From an uncultured bacterium (lineage in GTDB: Bacteria > Electryoneota > Tariuqbacteria > Tariuqbacterales > Tariuqbacteraceae): a DNA stretch of 64,000 nt. Below the pieces are notes generated by a model. That model was given only the letters and a program-made list of their open reading frames with translations, had not been told where the DNA came from and ran no database searches. Shown piece after piece: positions 60,199 to 64,000 of this stretch. The stretch lies in NCBI GenBank assembly GCA_964421875.1, contig CAYQZD010000003.1, positions 2,843-66,842 on the forward strand, read 5' to 3'. A program made the position numbers and the translations under genes. Position 1 is the stretch's first letter. Each line of letters begins with the position of its first letter.

Positions 60199-61622
60199 CA
60201 CCCGACCGGATTGATGGTCATCAAACGAAGCTCGCTCATCTCCTCCATCGCATAGCGCACTCCCTCCCGACCAAAACCGGAATTTTTAACCCCGCCATAG
60301 GGCATATGGTCCACCCGAAAAGTCGGAATATCGCCCACTATGACTCCGCCAACCTCAAGCGTTTCGAAGGCGCGCCAGGCTTTGTTCAAATCCGAAGTGA
60401 ACACCCCCGCCTGCAAACCGTAATCCGAATCGTTCACCTCCGCCAAAGCATCCTCGAACTCGCGGTACTTGGAAACAACTACCACCGGGGCGAAAATCTC
60501 CGAGCTGTACGCCGGCTGGGAACGGGGAACTCCCGCAAGCGCCGTCGCAGGGAACATCCGCCCCTCCCTTTCGCCGCCCAGCAACATCTCCGCTCCTGCC
60601 TCGACCGCGCTCTTCACCCAGGATTCAGCCTTCTCCGCTGAAGCAAGGTCTATCATCGGACCCAAACGCGTCTCCTCGTCCAAAGGGTTCCCCGGCTTCA
60701 AAGCTTTTGCTTCTTCCAAAAATGCCGCTAAAAACCGGTCGTAAATATCCTCCTGAAGGATTATACGTTGTATCGAAATGCAAATCTGCCCGGCGTAGGA
60801 ATATGCGCCAGTGATGCAACGCTCCACCGCGTAATCAAGCGTTCCCGGGTCGTCCACAATCACCGCAGCGTTGCCCCCCAGTTCCAGGGTAACCTTCATC
60901 CTGCCGCAAAGCGATTTCAAACGCCAGCCCACCTTCGGAGAGCCGGTGAACGTCAGCTTCTTCAAACGAAAATCCCTCAGAATCTTCTCCGCAGCCGCGC
61001 CCCGGCAGGGAATCACGGATACAGCCTCCTCTGGCCAGCCCGATTCTAAAATAACCTCCCCCAATTTCAAAGCCGTGAACGGCGCGCTGGACGACGGCTT
61101 GACAATGACAGGATTACCCACCGCAATCGCGGGCGCAACTTTGTGCGCCACTAAGTTCAACGGAAAATTGAAGGGAGAAATCGCCAGCGTCGGACCGACA
61201 GGGAAACGCCGGGTGAATCCCCACCTTCCGGCGGTGGGAGGAATCGTGTCCAGCGGGATGACTTCGCCGCCGAAACGCTTGCTCTCTTCCGAGGCGATGC
61301 TGAAGGTGTTGACGGCGCGGGAAACTTCGCCCCGGGCGTCTTTTATGGGCTTACCCGCTTCCAGAGCGATAGTCTCGGCGAATTCCTCCAAACGGTTGGC
61401 GATTCCCATCGTTATCCGACCTAAAATCTGGGAACGGTCGGCGGAACTCAAACGGCGCGTCTTTTCAAAACCCTGAACCGCCTTGTCCACCGCTAACTTG
61501 AGGTCATCCTCGCCCCCCGATGAAACCTCAGCCACTATGGAACCGTCGTAAGGATTATCCACCGAAATCGTCCCGGCGCCGTTAATCCACTCCCCCCCGA
61601 TAAGAAGCTGATATTTTTTCAT
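60198..61622 (-). CDS. NAD(P)-dependent aldehyde dehydrogenase family protein
   Basis: 474 aa. FTGSPKVG, TLELGGNA, YAGQICIS (catalytic Cys), EIFAPV. Confidence 0.9.
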   Translation of the reverse strand: MKKYQLLIGGEWINGAGTISVDNPYDGSIVAEVSSGGEDDLKLAVDKAVQGFEKTRRLSSADRSQILGRITMGIANRLEEFAETIALEAGKPIKDARGEVSRAVNTFSIASEESKRFGGEVIPLDTIPPTAGRWGFTRRFPVGPTLAISPFNFPLNLVAHKVAPAIAVGNPVIVKPSSSAPFTALKLGEVILESGWPEEAVSVIPCRGAAAEKILRDFRLKKLTFTGSPKVGWRLKSLCGRMKVTLELGGNAAVIVDDPGTLDYAVERCITGAYSYAGQICISIQRIILQEDIYDRFLAAFLEEAKALKPGNPLDEETRLGPMIDLASAEKAESWVKSAVEAGAEMLLGGEREGRMFPATALAGVPRSQPAYSSEIFAPVVVVSKYREFEDALAEVNDSDYGLQAGVFTSDLNKAWRAFETLEVGGVIVGDIPTFRVDHMPYGGVKNSGFGREGVRYAMEEMSELRLMTINPVG

Positions 61623-61645
61623 TTCCGCTTTCTCTATATGATAAA

Positions 61646-61743
61646 GGTAACACTTTACTGATATGAAGCGTATTCGTCATTCTGGCTGCGAAGCAAGCCA
61701 GAATCTTTCTTTCCCGGAAGGATTCCGGCTGCACCGGAATGAC
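61646..61743 (+). repeat. Module B, long form
   Basis: GGTAACACTTTACTGATATGAAGCGTATTC + GTCATTCTGGCTGCGAAGCAAGCCAGAATC + TTTCTTTCCCGGAAG + GATTCCGGCTGCACCGGAATGAC. Begins 23 nt from the ALDH start codon. A PU9 unit follows (about 61766-61797). Confidence 0.9.
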
Positions 61744-61888
61744 TATCTTGCTTGAAGTTCGCGTTATGTCAGGTCTTTAGCGCCCCGGAAACCTGACATT
61801 TACCCAGCCGCAAACCCTGATTTCTTAAAACCGCCCGGGCCTGCAAGCTTAAGCCCTAAGTATAAATCAACTTTTTTACTCCAAAAAC

Positions 61889-61917
61889 TTGACAAATGTT
61901 CAGCGATTTCTTAGATT
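61889..61917 (+). promoter_or_regulatory. Possible sigma70 promoter on the plus strand (antisense to the gene direction)
   Basis: TTGACA, 17 nt (aatgttcagcgatttct), TAGATT. Downstream is a GC hairpin GGGGGC..GCCCCC and the 3' end of speB on the other strand. No ORF follows. Confidence 0.25.
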
Positions 61918-62046
61918 ACCTAAGAGGGGGCTTTTACAACTCCGGCAGCGCCCCCGGGGGGAGTACATACTCTTCCTCTCTAAGTCTTAATCATCATTAT
62001 CATCATCAAAGACCGGCGTTCAAACCGATTCCGGAGTAATTGCGGA

Positions 62047-62910
62047 TTAAAAGCGCTGTTTTCCCGCCGTCAGCAGCATCAGTTCCCTGGCGGCGGAAGC
62101 CGCAGTCACCGCCGATACTCCGGCGGGATCGGCGGGAGGGCAGAGCTCCACCATATCGAAACCGATCAAATCGATGCCGCGCAGGGCGGTCACGCATTCC
62201 AAAAATTCCCGATAGGTTATCCCCCCCGGTTCCGGGGCTCCGGTTCCGGGAATCAGCGAAGGATCGAAGACATCCAGGTCGAGTGAAATATAGACCGGAC
62301 TGCCCTTTAACCAATCGTCAGCCAGCGCCTTAATCTGCGGATGAGCCGCATTCATCAACAGACCGCGCTCATGCACTTCGGCAAACTCCTCCCTGGTCCC
62401 GGAACGAACACCGACAAGTCTTAAATTTTCCCAGCCAACCGCTTCAGCCGTCCTCCGGGAAGCGCAGGCATGATTGTCAGGACTCCCCTGGTACTCTTCC
62501 CGAAGGTCGGTGTGAGCGTCGAAAATCAAGACCTTCAATCCGGGATAGGTCTTCACTGCCGCCTGAACCAGAAAGGGCGTGATGGAATGTTCCCCTCCGA
62601 AAAACATCAATCTGCCTCCGCCGGTGAACAATTCATCCGCAGCTTCGATTATTCGCGTAAACGGAGAGGCCTTCGGCAGGATTAAGTCCCCCCTATCGAA
62701 GATGGTTATATCATCGAGGCTGGCATCCAGAAAAGGGCTGAAGGTCTCAATCAAGTCCGAAGCCGCGCGAATTTCACGCGGCGCCCGGTCCGCGCCTTTC
62801 CTGCCGGTGGAAGTGCCGTCGTAGGGGATACCCGCGATAACGATATCGGGATTTACCGCCTCCTGAACGCTCCCTAAGAATGGAGGGACAGGCTTATTCA
62901 TATGAATCAT
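62047..62910 (-). CDS. speB: Agmatinase/arginase family protein
   Basis: GGEHSIT, FDAHTDL, SLDLDVFDP (Mn-binding motifs). Start moved to ATG 62910 (or 62901) because the track ORF's first codons overlap the upstream terminator hairpin. Confidence 0.85.
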   Translation of the reverse strand: MIHMNKPVPPFLGSVQEAVNPDIVIAGIPYDGTSTGRKGADRAPREIRAASDLIETFSPFLDASLDDITIFDRGDLILPKASPFTRIIEAADELFTGGGRLMFFGGEHSITPFLVQAAVKTYPGLKVLIFDAHTDLREEYQGSPDNHACASRRTAEAVGWENLRLVGVRSGTREEFAEVHERGLLMNAAHPQIKALADDWLKGSPVYISLDLDVFDPSLIPGTGAPEPGGITYREFLECVTALRGIDLIGFDMVELCPPADPAGVSAVTAASAARELMLLTAGKQRF

Positions 62911-62922
62911 CTGAAAACACCC

Positions 62923-62954
62923 AAAAAAAGCCGCCGACACTTTCGGCCGGCGGC
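62923..62954 (-). terminator. Rho-independent terminator of the upstream T9SS-cargo gene
   Basis: Minus strand: GCCGCCG-gccgaaagtgt-CGGCGGC followed by TTTTTTT (plus-strand A-run 62923-62929; stems 62930-62936 / 62948-62954). Confidence 0.7.
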
Positions 62955-63039
62955 TTCATATATCTCATCCAAATACAAATTTTCTTTCATAATAGTCCTG
63001 GCGGTGAAGACCACCTCCGATCGATGACACCTTCATACG

Positions 63040-64000
63040 CTACTTCAGCAGCAACATTTTACTGGTCAGCGTCGCGCCCTCAGCTTCAAGGCGGGCGAAG
63101 TAAAGCCCTGACGACAATCCGGCGCCGTCGAAGTATGCAGTGTGAATTCCCGCCTCTCTGATTCCTTCTACCAGCTCAGTCACCAGTTGTCCGGCTGAAT
63201 TGTAAACTTTCAAGCTGATTTCCGCCCTATGGGGCAGCGCAAAGTCGATACTGGTCGAGGGATTGAAAGGATTGGGATAGTTGGAACTCAAGGCGAAATC
63301 AGCGGGAACCTTATCGCCGGTGAATCCGGGAGCCACTCCCACGAAGCCGAGCCAACCCAGCATATACTCCAGCGCGGTTTCACGAGGTACAGTCCCTGCA
63401 AGACCGGTGACCGTTTCCAACGGGAAGGAGAGGTAGATGAGCTTATAAGCGCCCTCATAGTAAACGCCGCAAGTGTAGGTTGTGCTGTAATATCGGTAAG
63501 CTTCGCTTGAACCTCCGGCCGGTTCGATAGCGTCCAGGTCTCGGTAGTTGCCGCCTCCGGTGCCGCCGATAAAGAACAATGTGTCAGCCCCTGAAGTGAA
63601 GGGTGCGCCGTCCACGCCATAGGCTTTAATAGCGCTGGTGGGCACAGTCCCGGTAACGAAATTGGCTTTAAGATAGTTGGTATAGAAGCTTTCGGAACCG
63701 ATGGCGGAACCGGCGTTTTTACTGGAAAACAATAAGCTGCCGCCTCCGTCCATGAAGCCGGCGAGGGCGGTCCTTTCATCCGCAGCCAGAGTGATAGTAT
63801 CATTCCCGGTTTCCCAAATCACCACGCCGTACCGGTTGAGTTCATCGGCGGTGATGGAGGATTCGGTCTGGTCCCATATATCGGCGAAAACATCCAGACA
63901 ATCGAGGGAAGTTTGATAGAAAGTTTGATAATGTTCCCCGCCGTCATCATCGACTAAAAGAATTTCCGGCCTCCCCAGTTCCAACTGGAATGAGGCTTGA
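63040..64000 (-). CDS. Secreted protein with T9SS type-A C-terminal sorting domain; 5' end beyond the right window edge
   Basis: The frame stays open to the window end. C-terminus NYPNPFNPSTSIDFALPHRAEISLKVYNSAGQLV..LSSGLYFARLEAEGATLTSKMLLLK is a textbook T9SS CTD. Confidence 0.8.
   Translation of the reverse strand, partial: QASFQLELGRPEILLVDDDGGEHYQTFYQTSLDCLDVFADIWDQTESSITADELNRYGVVIWETGNDTITLAADERTALAGFMDGGGSLLFSSKNAGSAIGSESFYTNYLKANFVTGTVPTSAIKAYGVDGAPFTSGADTLFFIGGTGGGNYRDLDAIEPAGGSSEAYRYYSTTYTCGVYYEGAYKLIYLSFPLETVTGLAGTVPRETALEYMLGWLGFVGVAPGFTGDKVPADFALSSNYPNPFNPSTSIDFALPHRAEISLKVYNSAGQLVTELVEGIREAGIHTAYFDGAGLSSGLYFARLEAEGATLTSKMLLLK

Noticed and set aside
61905-61960. GC hairpin GGGGGC..GCCCCC plus CCCCCGGGGGG downstream of the putative plus-strand promoter as a known small RNA (SRP, 6S, tmRNA or RNase P fragment)
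   Set aside because: None of the conserved motifs of those RNAs that I can recall is present, and the segment is too short. It is left only as part of the low-confidence promoter observation.
1-64000. Search by eye for tRNA, rRNA, transposase, integrase, reverse transcriptase, cas or toxin-antitoxin genes
   Set aside because: None was recognised in any frame or intergenic gap. A tRNA or small ncRNA could still be missed without tRNAscan or Infernal, especially inside the hairpin-rich gaps.

Overview
This 64-kb window is from an uncultured-type bacterium of roughly 50% GC. I read about 55 protein genes, and all but three are on the minus strand. Two proteins carry T9SS-type C-terminal sorting domains, which hints at the FCB superphylum; this is a weak inference. 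Gene content from left to right: the start of a dcw cluster (mraZ-rsmH-ftsL-ftsI) with a perfect sigma70 promoter and MraZ-box-like repeats; pcm; an archaeal-type GatE-like protein; an AI-2E transporter; two tandem alkaline-phosphatase-superfamily paralogs; FapA/DUF342; a surface-glycan cluster (WecA-like, two DegT, PIG-L, WbqC, two GT4, radical SAM/SPASM, methyltransferase) interrupted by an hsp20 / HDOD-GGDEF island; Mrp/ApbC; DUF364; an OPT transporter; a CotH-LTD T9SS protein; a CPA2 antiporter with PtsN-like EIIA; NifS; QueH; two paralogous sensor-like membrane proteins; a split CoxLMS/xanthine-dehydrogenase-type enzyme; aldehyde dehydrogenases; MutM; agmatinase. I recognised no rRNA, tRNA, CRISPR array, transposase or integrase. 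The most unusual content is non-coding. From about 30 to 62 kb nearly every intergenic gap is a chain of short hairpin units drawn from a small shared vocabulary. Two classes stand out: GTAGG-headed hairpins and ATTC/GAAT-clamped hairpins. They combine into recurrent composite modules, flanked by phase-perfect 7-nt tandem arrays that begin right at stop codons and in two cases replace the expected start codon of the next gene. A 92-nt element has three mutually complementary segments that co-vary between its copies. All protein calls come from motif and architecture recognition by eye; no database search was possible.
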